From Botryllus schlosseri (lineage: Eukaryota): a stretch of 64,000 nucleotides of DNA. Made by a program: the position numbers and the translations under genes. The notes beneath the pieces were generated by a model. That model had not been told where the DNA came from. It did not search any database and worked only from the letters and a program-made list of their open reading frames with translations. The stretch covers positions 6,512,001 to 6,576,000 of the forward strand of contig CM119371.1 of NCBI GenBank assembly GCA_051294905.1. The letters run 5' to 3'. Positions within the stretch are counted from its first letter, which is position 1. Every line of letters starts with the position of its first letter. Positions 51,120-64,000 of the stretch are shown here, piece by piece.

Positions 51120-51424
51120 TCACACACAATGTACAATGCGATGTCGAACGACACGCATTAGTAGCGATCCTTTACTCTAACATCCACCTCGGCCTAGAGT
51201 GCCCGATGTTACAGTTCTTTTCGATGTTGATCTTCTTTGAAGCCGGGTCCTTTTCTACTAGTTCTTTCCATTCCTTGTGAGTACTTTCTTTCGTCGGGTC
51301 TTTTACTGGGCTTTTTTGTCGCCGTAAGAACGGCAACGGCGGGAGAAGAGGAGCCCAGATAAACCTCCGACGGGAATCGAACCCGGTTCTCCTGCGTGCT
51401 GGGCGCTTATCGTAACCACTACAC
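51120..51424 (-). mobile_element. tRNA-derived SINE family C (its 5' head displaced to 62138-62153)
   Basis: B box GGTTCGATTCC; A box (GGGAGATAGTGTAGTGG) split by the hAT composite; body homologs at ~54260-54450 and ~62220-62442. Confidence 0.75.
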
Positions 51425-52546
51425 CAGTGGTTCCCAACCTTTTTCGACTCATCGCCCCCTTTTGAAACTGAAGTGGTCCTGGCGGAATTTCGGCGGAATG
51501 TTTGCACTGAGGTGAAACACCGCGAATGATCACGTGAAACATTATGATGGACGAATAGTGTATATTAACCCCTTGCATATCAAGTGATCGGAAATGTCGA
51601 CTTCTCGGGCGGAATTTTTGATTAATCACGACTAATTTATTGGAAAACTGAACTTGAAGACAAATTTGATGCCGCGTTATTACCTCACTATTTTTGTTAA
51701 ATAAATCGATTATTGAAAGTCACAGTCGCTGTTTCGAAAACATTCGATTGTAGTCATAAATGCCAATGTAACCAATATATTATATTTCGGAATCACAACA
51801 AAATAAATATACAAACGGTATTGGATTATTCTTCATTACAAAATCACTTTAAAAGTCTACAGAGTCCGGGCTTATTCAAAATACGAGCCGATATTAGTGT
51901 ACAATTGAAGAGCATATTGATATTGAAGTAAACCCGAATCTATTCGGCCGACACTCGTCAGAGGAAATCGTTAACAATGCGATAGCATCGGTAATTATAC
52001 TTAAGTCCATTTTCTCTGGTAAATGCATCCAAAACTGCATTCCATACCGCTTTACTGCCGTCTATTACAATGATTAGAGGTTTTAAGGATCGCTCTCTAC
52101 CCGAAGAATCGTGTATGAAGTCTCGCAGAAAGTTTCCTATAGTGATTGCGTCATGCTTGCTTGTGAGAAAGCTTGCCACCGGCATTCCCGGTTTGTTGGG
52201 TTTCATACAAAAATCACATAGATTTGAAAATTTTCAAAGCCTTTACTGTTGCGCACAACACCTACTGAGCCATCGATGAAAAGGAAATCCACGCGCCACA
52301 GCTCTTTATAGATATTGATCTGCCCGTCATTGTACATAGTTACGGTTGGGGGATTCGCGGACCACGCACGCAGAAAATTAGTTTTCTTCTCATTCGTGAA
52401 TATTTTCACCAATTTCTCCATGCAGAATAGCCAGTTTTTGAAATATTTTACCACTGGACAACAATCTCTTTTGATGTCTTTCAGGGCGTCAGTCGAAGGT
52501 GCGAATGTATGTGAACCAAAACAGCGTTCATTTTCTGACTAAGTAT

Positions 52547-53468
52547 CAGTGTTGAGATTAAGTCACTACCTTCGAGTCACGTGTCATCTCGAGTCATTGC
52601 ATATTTTGACTGAGTCAAGTCAAGTCAATCGCTTTTCGAAGGTGACTCGAGTCAAGTCAAGTCACTCGTTTTCTGGAGGTGACTCGAGTCAAGTCGAGTC
52701 AATTCAAGTCAAGTCACGAGTCAAGTCACAATTCAAGTCAAATTGAATTTTCAAAGTATGAGGGATAATTCAAAGTCATTACATTTTGCTAGCTGTGTGA
52801 ATCACAGATTGATTGGTGATATATCTTGAATCGAATAACGAGTATTAAGGTAAATATACGTGCGAAAAGGCGTCGTATCGCTCACACACGCATAGAGCTG
52901 CTAATAAAATAGAGGAGGCGCGGCGAGAAGTTGAAACAAATTTATATGGTACATTACACTACCCATCTACACAACCGTGAGATTATAAACGCATAAACTA
53001 TATTCGTTCGATTCAAATCATACAATAGGCTTGGCTAAGGTGGGCTCTTCGCGATGTAAGCACTGTGTCGTCTAACAAAAAGAGTTACGTTACTATTAGA
53101 TTATTCCACAGCTAGTACATAAACGTAAGCATTACGTTTTCGGTCAATTCATTTCTGATGTAACAATGGAGGATCAGTGAAAAGTACAATCAGTGAATGA
53201 CTAATTGCTCTCACAAGCCACACCGGTATATAACGAACAATCCGAACATCAAAGAGATGCAGCGATTTAATCGACACCGTTTACTAGATGACTTGAAATT
53301 GACTCGTAAATTTTGCTCCGTGTCACGAGTCAATCCACATTTCTGAAGCGCCAAGTCAAGTCAAGTCAAGTCATTTTCGCAAAGTGACTGGAGTCAAGTC
53401 AAGTCATGCGAAAAAGTTAACTCGAGTCTGACTCGAGTCAAGTCATGACTCGAGTCATCTCAACACTG
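52547..53468. mobile_element. hAT-like MITE (CAAGT/GAGTC-rich)
   Basis: TIRs CAGTGTTGAGAT / ATCTCAACACTG; TSD CTAAGTAT / CTATGTAT. Confidence 0.88.
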
Positions 53469-53636
53469 CTATGTATCAAATAAATGTCGATGCACTTGAG
53501 TCGGGGTTTTGCAATCAAGCTCCTGTTTGAGTTGAAGCCGCTGTTCGCCTCTTCTTGATTTAGTACATTCGTGACGATTATGCCTGTCTCCAGTTATATG
53601 AAAGTCGATTTGCGCCGAATTCGCCATACTGTACAA

Positions 53637-55220
53637 GGGTATAGTTCAAAAATAGTGTTTTTTCTAAATTTCACTCGCTTAGTGATAAAATTGTCAAGTT
53701 GCCTAAAAAAACGCTACACACCAAATTTGGGTCAATTTCGACCATTTTTGAATTTATAGTGTTACGGTGAGAAATTTTGACACTTCGATGACCAAATATT
53801 GTGTTCCAGGCATTCCTGAAGGGAAAGTGATGCTTTTTACACGCGTTTACATCTTGATAAAGGCCTGTGATCGAGTTTGGATGATGAAATTGCTAATATA
53901 TGAAAAATGATTTTGACACTGATAAGCTGAAACTACATTGAAAGAGCCCCGTGAAAATGATAGTGATATACGTCGCATATGAATACTTTCAGCGCTGAAA
54001 TCCGGGACCATAAAGAGAAAATGAATTGCCAAGCAGGTAAAATACAATAAAATATATTTCCCAGACTAGAGGTGATATCTTTTGTCGCACCACAGTGAAC
54101 TTCACGTAATCAGAGCAAATCAGCTTCTGGATAACAGCACTTTGCAACATAGCGCATTGTCGTATTACTAGGCTAAGTGAAGACAATTGTATGTAAAGAC
54201 AATTCTCAATAATCTGGAGATTATATTTTCATCCGATCGAGACACACAAACAATGCGATAAGACACCATGCGATGTAATGAACACATAGGAGGATGCCAA
54301 ACGATGCCCAGTTGCGGTCTCTTAAACTGACATTCGCCTCGGCCTAGTGTCCATTGTCGCAGTTCATTTTCAATGTTGATTTTTATGCCGTGGCTCGTTC
54401 TAGCTCTTCCTATTCCTTGCGAGTGCTTTCTTTCATCGGGTCTTTTTTCACCACCAAATCTCGAGAATGATATGAAGTGGTTCAGAAGAACTATTGATAT
54501 GAGGAAGATATTTCATCATTATTATCAACCAACTGGCAACATGACATACCTCAAGCATCCCATTGTTGGTTGGCGCGAGTTCACTACGGTACATATAAAT
54601 GGCCTATGATGATGCAGATCCGCTAAAATTAGAAAATATAAGGACTCAGCATTCGTAATTCGCCTTGTGGAGGTATATAGGAGTCGTGAAAAGCAAATAT
54701 CATAACGCATTGCGAAGAAAACAGCCAAAACGTCGTCCAATCTACATCGGTACGTCAAAAGATACTTTCGGGTATCGATATTAATCTAGGAAATATATTT
54801 TGCTGTATTTTACCTGTGCGTCAGTTCATTTTCTCTTCATGGTGCCCGATTTCAGCCTTCGAAGTATTTTATTTGCTTCTATATATCACCATCGTTTTAT
54901 CGAGACTACTTCAATTTCGTTGAGTCATTTCCAGCAAATCAGTGCCATTAATTTTCCGTTAATTAGCAATTTCATTATCTCAACTCTATCACAGTCCAGT
55001 TTCAAAATGTAAACCCGTAAAAAAAGCATCACTTTCCCTTCAGGCATGCCCGGAACACAATATTTGGTCATATCGAAGTGTTGAAATTTTAATTTAAGAT
55101 TGCACGGCCTTTACTGGTCGGAATTGGCCCAAATTTGGTGTGTAGCGTTTTTGTAGGCAACCTGACAATTTTATCATTAAGCGAGTGAAATTTGGAAAAA
55201 AAGTTATTTTTGAACAACCC
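53637..55220. mobile_element. Mutator-like non-autonomous element with ~450-bp imperfect TIRs
   Basis: GGGT...ACCC termini; perfect 10-bp TSD TACTGTACAA (53627-53636, 55221-55230); arms ~53637-54080 and ~54780-55220. Confidence 0.85.
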
Positions 55221-56626
55221 TACTGTACAATTGAGCATGGATAGTGACCGTACATTCGCAGCATGTTCTATGACCGCAGTAACAGTATGACATTGCCTTC
55301 GTAATATCGATCAGATTTCGTCGTAATCTCTGTCACTTTGTCTTGAGCACGTAAATAATTACTTTTTATCATGAGCACACATGAATCGTATACTTGCCGA
55401 AGCGCCCGTATAAGTGCCGTTTGGGTACAGAGAATTGTTGGCAAAATGATGTTGGCCTCGATTTTGAATTGCTCTTTCCCATTCTTCTGCAGTAATTGAA
55501 GTTGACCGTCGTAAGTTCATCTCATCAGGTTCTTTGATCTTGTCTTAGATCTTCGCTGTCATTCTTCAATCGATTCGATTGCGGAAACACTCACGCATGT
55601 TTCATTAATTTCGCTGAGCGCGACTGGTTTAGAAATCGACGTAATCTGGGACTCCGGAAGCGACTTTGTATGATCACATGCATCGCAAGAATTTAACGTT
55701 CCGTCTTGTCCCGTGAACTTATCTAGGCGAGGCGTGGGCGGCGTTGGTTCTTAATCGACATAACGATTTTCAATCTGAGTCGCGTGAGTATAAAACGGGC
55801 GTTCTGTACCTGTGTTATGGTCTACCCTACATCGCAAGGACACAGTATGCCATTGATTATAATCAAATTTCGATTACTGTTACTGTCGGGTCGAAAGGCA
55901 CATGTTGGATGAAACCAAAAATTGCAATCTTCCGTGACATGGCGTAATCGTGATTAGTAATCGTAATCGATTACGACGATTACAGCATTTCCAAGTAATC
56001 GTAATCGCAATCGATTACGTTCGGAAAAAATCCGGAAGTAATCGTAATCGTAATCGACTACTTCACATATCTAATCCCTTTCTTTGTGAAAGAACGACTA
56101 CTTTTCATTTCTGCAATGGCCATGACACATGACATAAACTGAACAATGAACATTCGTGAACAACGCAGAGCTCGATTGAAAACAGGTTATTGATAGCAGA
56201 AACATCGGATTTACAAACGACACTGCTCATTATCGCGTCACAAGTATTAGCTTGGGTCGTGATTGCGTAACAAATTATCCGCATGTAGTAAATAGATATT
56301 CGATGTTCGTACAATGTAGTACTGTGATTGTAAGAACACCCGCTATGCCTCACTATATCAGCATAATAATCACCACTCTGCCTATAGTTTCAAATAGTAA
56401 CGTACGTATTGATGTTTTGTTATGCCTAGGTAAACGAAGTTTGACTGTCGCTGATTGACGAGCAGTAGGCCTAGGCCTATTTATGTACACAGGAAAAAGA
56501 TTTGAAATTTTGTACTCGTCAAATAAAACATGACGATTTCAACATCGAAGCATTATAAACCAACGGCTGCTGATAGAAAATCATAACCTAGCCGTCATTT
56601 GCCGTTACTCGTATAACAGCAGCTCG

Positions 56627-56872
56627 ATAGAGAGAGAGAGATGGTATTCTTTTTCGCCTGCCCCATCGAGATGCTTTGACGACGGAGATGCGATACGGCC
56701 TTTATAGTAAGGTCATCCAGTCTGCACCCCCGGTTTTTTCTCCTCCATGCTATCCGTGATTGCTGAGCGCCTAGCAGGATAGCCGTGGACACCAGTTTTC
56801 GAGTCTTTGGTCTGACCCGGCCGGGGATCGAACCCACGACTTACCGATCGAGAAGCAGGACGCACAACCAGA
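56627..56872 (-). mobile_element. tRNA-derived SINE family B, second copy
   Basis: GGGATCGAACC (B box, reverse complement), (AG)n tail, body shared with 13290-13475. Confidence 0.75.
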
Positions 56873-57324
56873 TATAGCTGTATTAAGTGGATTGAAGGCA
56901 GAATTTTATGTTTACTTCATCTTATTCTCATACGACCCTAGTTAAAACGGGTATCAATCGCTATTTCGCAATTTTATACTCAAAACTTGGATCTGTCACT
57001 AGCCATTTGCGAACACACCATGTTAGCGTGGGTTGCAGCCAGAATCAAGACCGAAACAGCATTTCGTCCCCTCAAATGGCCGTCTTGGGCACCCATAGGC
57101 TGATCAATAAAACTTCTGACGGGCGAAGTCCCCCAGATCCTCCCCCCCCCATTTTACGACCGGGCTTTTTACAACAACTGGAAGACACGTGTTGATGCGA
57201 TATGGATTCGCTTTGTATTTGCTGTCAAGTCGCGCCAAGCGCGAAAACTTCGCGAACGTAATTTAAAACTATAAGATCTTCGTTGTTATTATTACTTTAT
57301 TGTATGTTATTGATTCGTCTGCTA

Positions 57325-60300
57325 TATTGTAGAACTATTCAAACACTTTGTCGTGGTATATTAGTTATAATATTAGCAAGTCCGCTCGACTCTCAAATAT
57401 AACGCTGAATGTATGGTATTTTCATATCAATGGGTATATTCGTATGCCTGAAATGCGACGTTACAGACCAACTTTGATCACTTATTTTGAATAAACGAAG
57501 ACCCGCTATACTCTGAAATAACTTTTATATTGCAGAACTATTCAATCACTTTGCCTTGGTATATTGGTTGTAATATTAACAAGTCCGCTCAACTCTCAAA
57601 TATAACGCTGTAAGTATCGTATTTTCGTATCAATGGGTGTATTCGTATGCCTGAAATGCGACGTTACGGACCTAGTTTGCGCTCTTATTTTGAATAAACG
57701 AAGACCCGCTATACTCTGAAATAACTTTTATATTGTAGAACTATTCAATCACTTTGCCGTGGTATATTGGTTGTATTATTAACAAGTCCGCTCAACTCTC
57801 AAATATAACGCTGTAAGTATCGTATTTTCGTATCAATGGGTGTATTCGTATGCCTGAAATGCGACGTTACGGACCAACTTTGATCACTTATTTTGAATTA
57901 ACTAAGACCCGCTATACTCTGAAATTACTTTTATATTGTAGAACTATTTAATCACTTTGCCGTGGTATATTGGTTGTAATATTAACAAGTCCGCTCGACT
58001 CTCAAATATAACGCTGAATGTATGGTATTTTCATATCAATGGGTATATTCGTATGCCTGAAATGCGACGTTACGGACCAACTTTGATCACTTATTTTGAA
58101 TAAACTAAGACCTGCTATACCCTGAAATTACTTTTATATTGTAGAACTATTCAATCACTTTGCTGTGGTATATTGGTTGTAATATTAACAAGTCCGCTCG
58201 ACTCTCAAATATAACGCTGAATGTATGGTATTTTCATATCAATGGGTATATTCGTATGCCTGAAATGCGTCGTTACGGACCAACTTTGATCACTTATTTT
58301 GAATAAACTAAGACCCGCTATACCCTGAAATGACTTTTATATTGTAGAACTATTCAATCACTTTGCCGTGGTATATTGGTTGTAATATTAGCAAGTCCGC
58401 TCGACTCCCAAATATAACGCTGAAAGTATCGTATTTTTGTGGCAATTGGTATATTCGTATGCCTCAAATGCGACGTTACGGACCTAGTTTGCGCTCTAAT
58501 TTTGAATAAACTAAGACCCGCTATACTCTGAAATTACTTTTATATTGTAGAACTATTTAAGCACTTTGCCGTGGTATATTAGTTGTAATATTAGCAAGTC
58601 CGCTCGACTCCCAAATATAACGCTGAAAGTATCGTATTTTCGTGGCAATTGGTATATTCGTATGCCTCAAATGCGACGTTACGGACCTAGTTTGCGCTCT
58701 AATTTTGAATAAACTAAGACCCGCTATACTCTGAAATTACTTTTATATTGTAGAACTATTTAAGCACTTTGCCGTGGTATATTAGTTGTAATATTAGCAA
58801 GTCCGCTCGACTCTCAAATATAACGCTGAATGTATGGTATTTTCATATCAATGGGTATATTCGTATGCCTGAAATGCGACGTTACGGACCAACTTTGATC
58901 ACTTATTTTGAATAAGCTAAGACCTGCTATACCCTGAAATTACTTTTATATTGTAGAACTATTCAATCACTTTGCCGTGGTATATTGGTTGTAATATTAA
59001 CAAGTCCGCTCGACTCTCAAATATAACGCTGAATGTATGGTATTTTCATATCAATGGGTATATTCGTATGCCTCAAATGCGACGTTACGGACCTAGTTTG
59101 CGCTCTAATTTTGAATAAACTAAGACCCGCTATACTCTGAAATTACTTTTATATTGTAGAACTATTTAAGCACTTTGCCGTGGTATATTAGTTGTAATAT
59201 TAGCAAGTCCGCTCGACTCCCAAATATAACGCTGAAAGTATCGTATTTTCGTGGCAATTGGTATATTCGTATGCCTCAAATGCGACGTTACGGACCTAGT
59301 TTGCGCTCTAATTTTGAATAAACTAAGACCCGCTATACTCTGAAATTACTTTTATATTGTAGAACTATTTAAGCACTTTGCCGTGGTATATTAGTTGTAA
59401 TATTAGCAAGTCCGCTCGACTCCCAAATATAACGCTGAAAGTATCGTATTTTCGTGGCAATTGGTATATTCGTATGCCTCAAATGCGACGTTACGGACCT
59501 AGTTTGCGCTCTAATTTTGAATAAACTAAGACCCGCTATACTCTGAAATTACTTTTATATTGTAGAACTATTTAAGCACTTTGCCGTGGTATATTAGTTG
59601 TAATATTAGCAAGTCCGCTCGACTCCCAAATATAACGCTGAAAGTATCGTATTTTCGTGTCAATTGGTATATTCGTATGCCTCAAATGCGACGTTACGGA
59701 CCTAGTTTGCGCTCTTATTTTGAATAAACTAAGACCCGCTATACTCTGAAATTACTTTTATATTGTAGAACTATTCAATCACTTTGCCGTGGTATATTCG
59801 TTGTAATATTAACAAGTCCGCTCGACTCTCAAATATAACGCTGAATGTATGGTATTTTCATATCAATGGGTATATTCGTATGCCTGAAATGCGACGTTAC
59901 GGACCAAGTTTTATCACTTATTTTGAATAAACTAAGACCCGCTATACCCTGAAATTACTTTCATATTGTAGAACTATTCAATCACTTCGCCGTGGTATAT
60001 TGGTTGTAATATTAACAAGTCCGCTCGACTCTCAAATATAACGCTGAATGTATGGTATTTTCATATCAATGGGTATATTCGTATGCCTGAAATGCGACGT
60101 TACGGACCAACTTTGATCACTTATTTTGAATAAGCTAAGACCTGCTATACCCTGAAATTACTTTTATATTGTAGAACTATTCAATCACTTTGCCGTGGTA
60201 TATTGGTTGTAATATTAACAAGTCCGCTCGACTCTCAAATATAACGCTGAATGTATGGTATTTTCATATCAATGGGTATATTCGTATGCCTCAAATGCGA

Positions 60301-60660
60301 CGTTACGGACCTAGTTTGCGCTCTTATTTTGAATAAACTAAGACCCGCTATACTCTGAAATTACTTTTATATTGTAGAACTATTCAATCACTTTGCCGTG
60401 GTATATTGGTTGTAATATTAACAAGTCCGCTCGACTCTCAAATATAACGCTGAATGTATGGTATTTTCATATCAATGGGTATATTCGTATGCCTGAAATG
60501 CGACGTTACGGACCAACTTTGATCACTTATTTTGAATAAACTAAGACCCGCTATACCCTGAAATTACTTTTATATTGTAGAACTATTCAATCACTTTGCT
60601 GTGGTATATTGGTTGTAATATGAGCAAGTCCGCTCGACTCTCAAATATAACGTTGAAAGT
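57325..60660. repeat. 203-bp satellite array (~16.4 units, two interleaved variant types)
   Basis: TATTG(T/C)AGAACTA at 57325, 57528, 57731, 57934, 58137 (period 203). Confidence 0.97.
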
Positions 60661-62659
60661 ATGATATATTCTAGTCGACACTTCTGGTTGCATTCGATAA
60701 TTTCGCTATAGCGAAGAATATGTTACGAATCATGTCGACTATTATTCCTCGATTTATTTCAGATAGCAATAAGCGAATGACGATGTTGCATTATATTAAG
60801 CCTCGAAATCCTGATTTTTGCCAAATTAGACCCGAATAAAGGAAGAATTCAACCTTAGTCGATATTTCCTGATTACACGATACGCTCGGGGTTAATCCCA
60901 GAAATAGTGATGTGCATGATCATTCGTGGTGTTTCACGTTAGAGCGAAGATTCCACTAGAATTCCGCCAGGACCACTTCAGTCTTTTGAAGCTCCACACC
61001 AGTCATCGCCCCCCAAATATTGGGAAACTAAAAACAGCACTTCGTCACCCCCAAACCCCACCAGACCCCTCTCAGCAAGTGGGCCTTTTGTCGCTACATA
61101 TCAACTATACCCTATTTCATGTACTGTTTGGTGAGTCACCGTATTTCGCCTAAACGCGCGAAGCGCGACAAATTTATATAATTCATGTTTGAATCGGTCA
61201 ATATGGTCGGGAATTGCATATATATTGCTATCAATCTTTGGTCCTCATTCTGCTCGCGTAATCAGATTTACCGGTAGAGCTGAGTGTGGTGTGATAGAAA
61301 AGGTAGGACCATTAAATATTAATTAAACATCTTCGGGCGGAATCGTTGTTGTATTGACTTCGTTACATGATGCTATTTCGTGACCTCCTATATATCTGCT
61401 ATGTCAGAAGATATGGAAATCGTCAAAACGTACCAAACTAAAAGACGCACATGATTTCAAATTGGTATTTCTATACTGGCAAATAATTTTTTCCTTGCGG
61501 GATGGCATTCGTCCTGTAGGGTTAAGGTCGCCAGGACAGGAACATTCAACGCCAGCCATTGAGGCGCCTATGGACAATTAAACATATATGTATATATATA
61601 TATATATCTAAGTTTTCGGTCAGCACAAGGGGATTCCTTTTCGCCCATAAGGCCTTCTCGCTGCTCATCGTTCTGGCACACTTCTCGGAGTCGCATGTTA
61701 CATGGCCTCTAACTTATGTCTTGGTGCGTCGTGGCGCAGTAATGGCCGACGCCGAAGTCTCCCATTTCCATAAATCATGCGTATTTTTGTTGGGTGACTG
61801 GTACCCCAAAATCAAGATATACGACAATACTAAATCGCGCGCAGCGCGAAAATTCTTTGAAAAAGTTGCATGAATTTCTAAAAGATTACTCAATAATTAA
61901 TGTTAATTCACGAAATAATTTTGGCCCCCTTCGAGTTCGGGCCCCCACCCCCAATTGGGGAGTTTGGGATGCGGTAGTTACGGTCCCAACTCCAACATAG
62001 CCGCTTCAACGCGCCGTCGCCCCCTATCGCCCCCTTCGTCCGCTTTCGCCCCCCAATCGCCCCCTTCGTTATTTTCGCCCCCCTAGACCGCCAAATCGCC
62101 CCCTGGGGGGCGATATCGCCCACGTTGGGAACCACTGCACTACACTATCTCCCCCGATCGCAATATCAATAATCCACGGTAACCGTCGGATTCTATTTTC
62201 GTTTGATCAAGACGCCCACAATGAACAATGCGATGTAATGAACAGATAGGAGGATATACGACCAGTTGCAGAATCCAGCTTGACCTAGTGCCCGATGTCA
62301 CAGTTCTTTTTCTGTGTTAAACTCTATTTCGCGGCTCTGTCCATCCCTTCATCGGGTCTTTTTCTGTGCTTTTTTGGTTCCGTAAGAAAGGCGACGCGGG
62401 GGAAGAGGAGACCATATAAACCTCCAACGCGGAATCGAACCATTAGAATGTACAAAATAAATTGCATATTTTATCAAAGTCAAGATAGAGACCGTATTTT
62501 AGCTTTGGGACTAGCCAGAGTAAACATATCTGCGCAATGTAAGTTCATGTATCAGTTCCATTGCGGTCAATGTCTCTCAAAATTTCAACGACTACTTCAC
62601 CTCGGAGTCAAAAGCGCAAAAGTACAGCGCACGCGCGTCAACGAAGAACAACTACCAAA

Positions 62660-63041
62660 TGATCAGGACGGAATATAAAAAAACGCATTGCTCTCTCAAG
62701 TATGCCGTACCCCAATTGTGGAACAGCATCTCGCCGGCTGTCCGACAGTCGTTGAGCATGTCCGCATTGAAGTCGAATACTAGCCAGCCTTCAGGATTAC
62801 CGGACCACGATCTGACATCGACCTTGCCCTCCACCACCTCATTTTGTCGCTTGCGTCTTATATTCTCTGCATTACTTTTCATTCAGTGTGCATGCCTCTG
62901 CTTTACTTCGCCTAGGCTAAGGTGGGTGTCTGATGTTAACGGCTCCTCCAAGTTGTTTCGACAGCTTCCTAATTTTTCATTGTATCGCAATCTTGTGATG
63001 TTTTGAAACAATGAAAATATCAATAAACCTGATTGATTGAT
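62660..63041 (+). mobile_element. 5'-truncated L2/CR1-group LINE 3' end
   Basis: RTEY...SLKYAVPQLWNSISPAVRQSLSMSALK resembles the conserved RT C-terminus (Y.GP.LWN.LP..S..FK); AATAAA followed by a (TGAT)n tail. Confidence 0.65.
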
Positions 63042-63547
63042 CTACATATTGACTAGCAAGTATTAGAATGTGCAACATAAATTGCATATTTTATCTAAGT
63101 CGAGATAGAGGCTGTATTTCAGCTTTGGGAATAGCCTGGGTAAATATATCCGCACAATGAAGTGGTTCTTGACCTTTTCATAGCCGTGGCCAAATTTTCA
63201 TTTCAAAAATATGCAATGACCCACCACTCAGAGAGAGAGAGTCTTTATTTTTTCATCCAATCAAAATACATAAAAACACAGACGGCAGTGATGGTGGTAC
63301 AGAAAATATGCATGCACGAGCGATACTAATCTGATCACACCAGCATCAAACAGGTACACTTGATTCTATACAGTCTGGCTGTACAATGTTAGTTGACAAA
63401 GGAAAATTTGAACGACGGTACGGTATAGCCTCAATACCCATATAAGCGGCGGTAATATGGCAAGCTTAGGCCAGACAGAGGTGACGCATTCCATGGACGT
63501 TGTTACATTACAATTCCCTTGTAATCGGTACAGGTTATTGTTTCAAC

Positions 63548-63960
63548 CAGGGTTGTAACCAAGTTACAAGGCTTCGAGTCACAAGTCAATCTCGCTTTTA
63601 TAGTTTCGACTCGAGTCAAGTCGAGTCATTTTCAATTCACCACCGAGTCAACTCGGAGTCCAAGTCAGCGATCAGAGGGTCGAGTCCGAGTCCAAGTCAT
63701 TGATTTTGACGGTCCAGTTTCCAGTTAAAGTCTTGTTAACCCTCTTTTTACATCTCAGTTTGATGATATCGAATGGTTCGCATTCATAATAGGTATGCTA
63801 ATTTTCCTCACCTTAAGCAGTTTCTGGTCGCATTTTCAAGTACCAGTACCAATAGACGAAATCCCAATATTGTGGTAACTTTACTATTCTTTGATATTAC
63901 AATGAAATGTCGGTCTTGGCCGACGGCCGTCTGAGTCATATGACTTGGTTTGAGTCATAC
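63548..63960. mobile_element. GACTCG-family hAT MITE (partial)
   Basis: Starts CAGGGTTGTAACCAAG; colinear with the copy at 35248. Confidence 0.8.
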
Positions 63961-64000
63961 ACAATTAAGCCGTTTCCATGTGCGGCCACTACTTGGCTTA

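Larger units (their letters stand above)
51958..55530 (-). pseudogene. NOF-like Mutator (MULE) transposase pseudogene, interrupted by two insertions
   Basis: After removing 52547-53468 and 53637-55220 the frame reads ..YCYCGHRTC..HAQLYSMANSAQ..GEQRLQLKQEL..PTQVHRHLFDT*SENERCFG..PSTDALKDIK..FLRAWSANPPTVTMY..QINIY..LFIDGSVG / PVASFLTSKH..IGNFL..PLIIVIDGSKAVWNAV..F..Y..RCY. I recognise this as the MULE DDE core (first two Asp) of NOF-type proteins. The 3' part is missing. Confidence 0.75.
51425..62137. mobile_element. 10.7-kb hAT-like composite element
   Basis: Perfect 14-bp TIRs CAGTGGTTCCCAAC / GTTGGGAACCACTG; perfect 8-bp TSD CACTACAC; CGCCCCC subterminal motifs; removing it restores a SINE head. 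Confidence 0.88.

Noticed and set aside
51958..60660. Idea that the 203-bp array is the arm of the element carrying the NOF-like gene
   Set aside because: No second arm or TSD, and the orientation of the motif shared with foldback 1 points away from the gene.

Overview
AT-rich eukaryotic (metazoan) genomic DNA, not prokaryotic. An invertebrate such as a tunicate is my guess from the repeat repertoire and is not established. Only two intact host genes are evident: a convergent pair of paralogous BTB-BACK-Kelch genes with intronless CDS (31406-33007 +, 40714-42342 -). Between them lies a very young Ty3/Gypsy LTR retrotransposon (35585-39862). The rest is a dense nest of transposons whose ends I mapped by eye from TIRs and target-site duplications. 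These include two large foldback elements with tandem-repeat arms (194-bp and 187/140-bp units), a NOF-like Mutator transposase pseudogene split by two later insertions, and two ~10.6-10.7 kb hAT-like composites, one carrying a 203-bp satellite. There are also many hAT MITEs, a Kolobok-like palindrome, three tRNA-derived SINE families, and decayed Harbinger-like, L1/Tx1-like and L2/CR1-like remnants. Most notable: (1) the Gypsy element has no canonical tRNA PBS; instead a 15-nt perfect complement to its own LTR covers the polyA signal (possible self-priming or polyA occlusion), and its RT motif is YLDN; (2) an FB-NOF-like assemblage of foldbacks plus a NOF-type transposase. All family assignments come from motif recognition without database searches.
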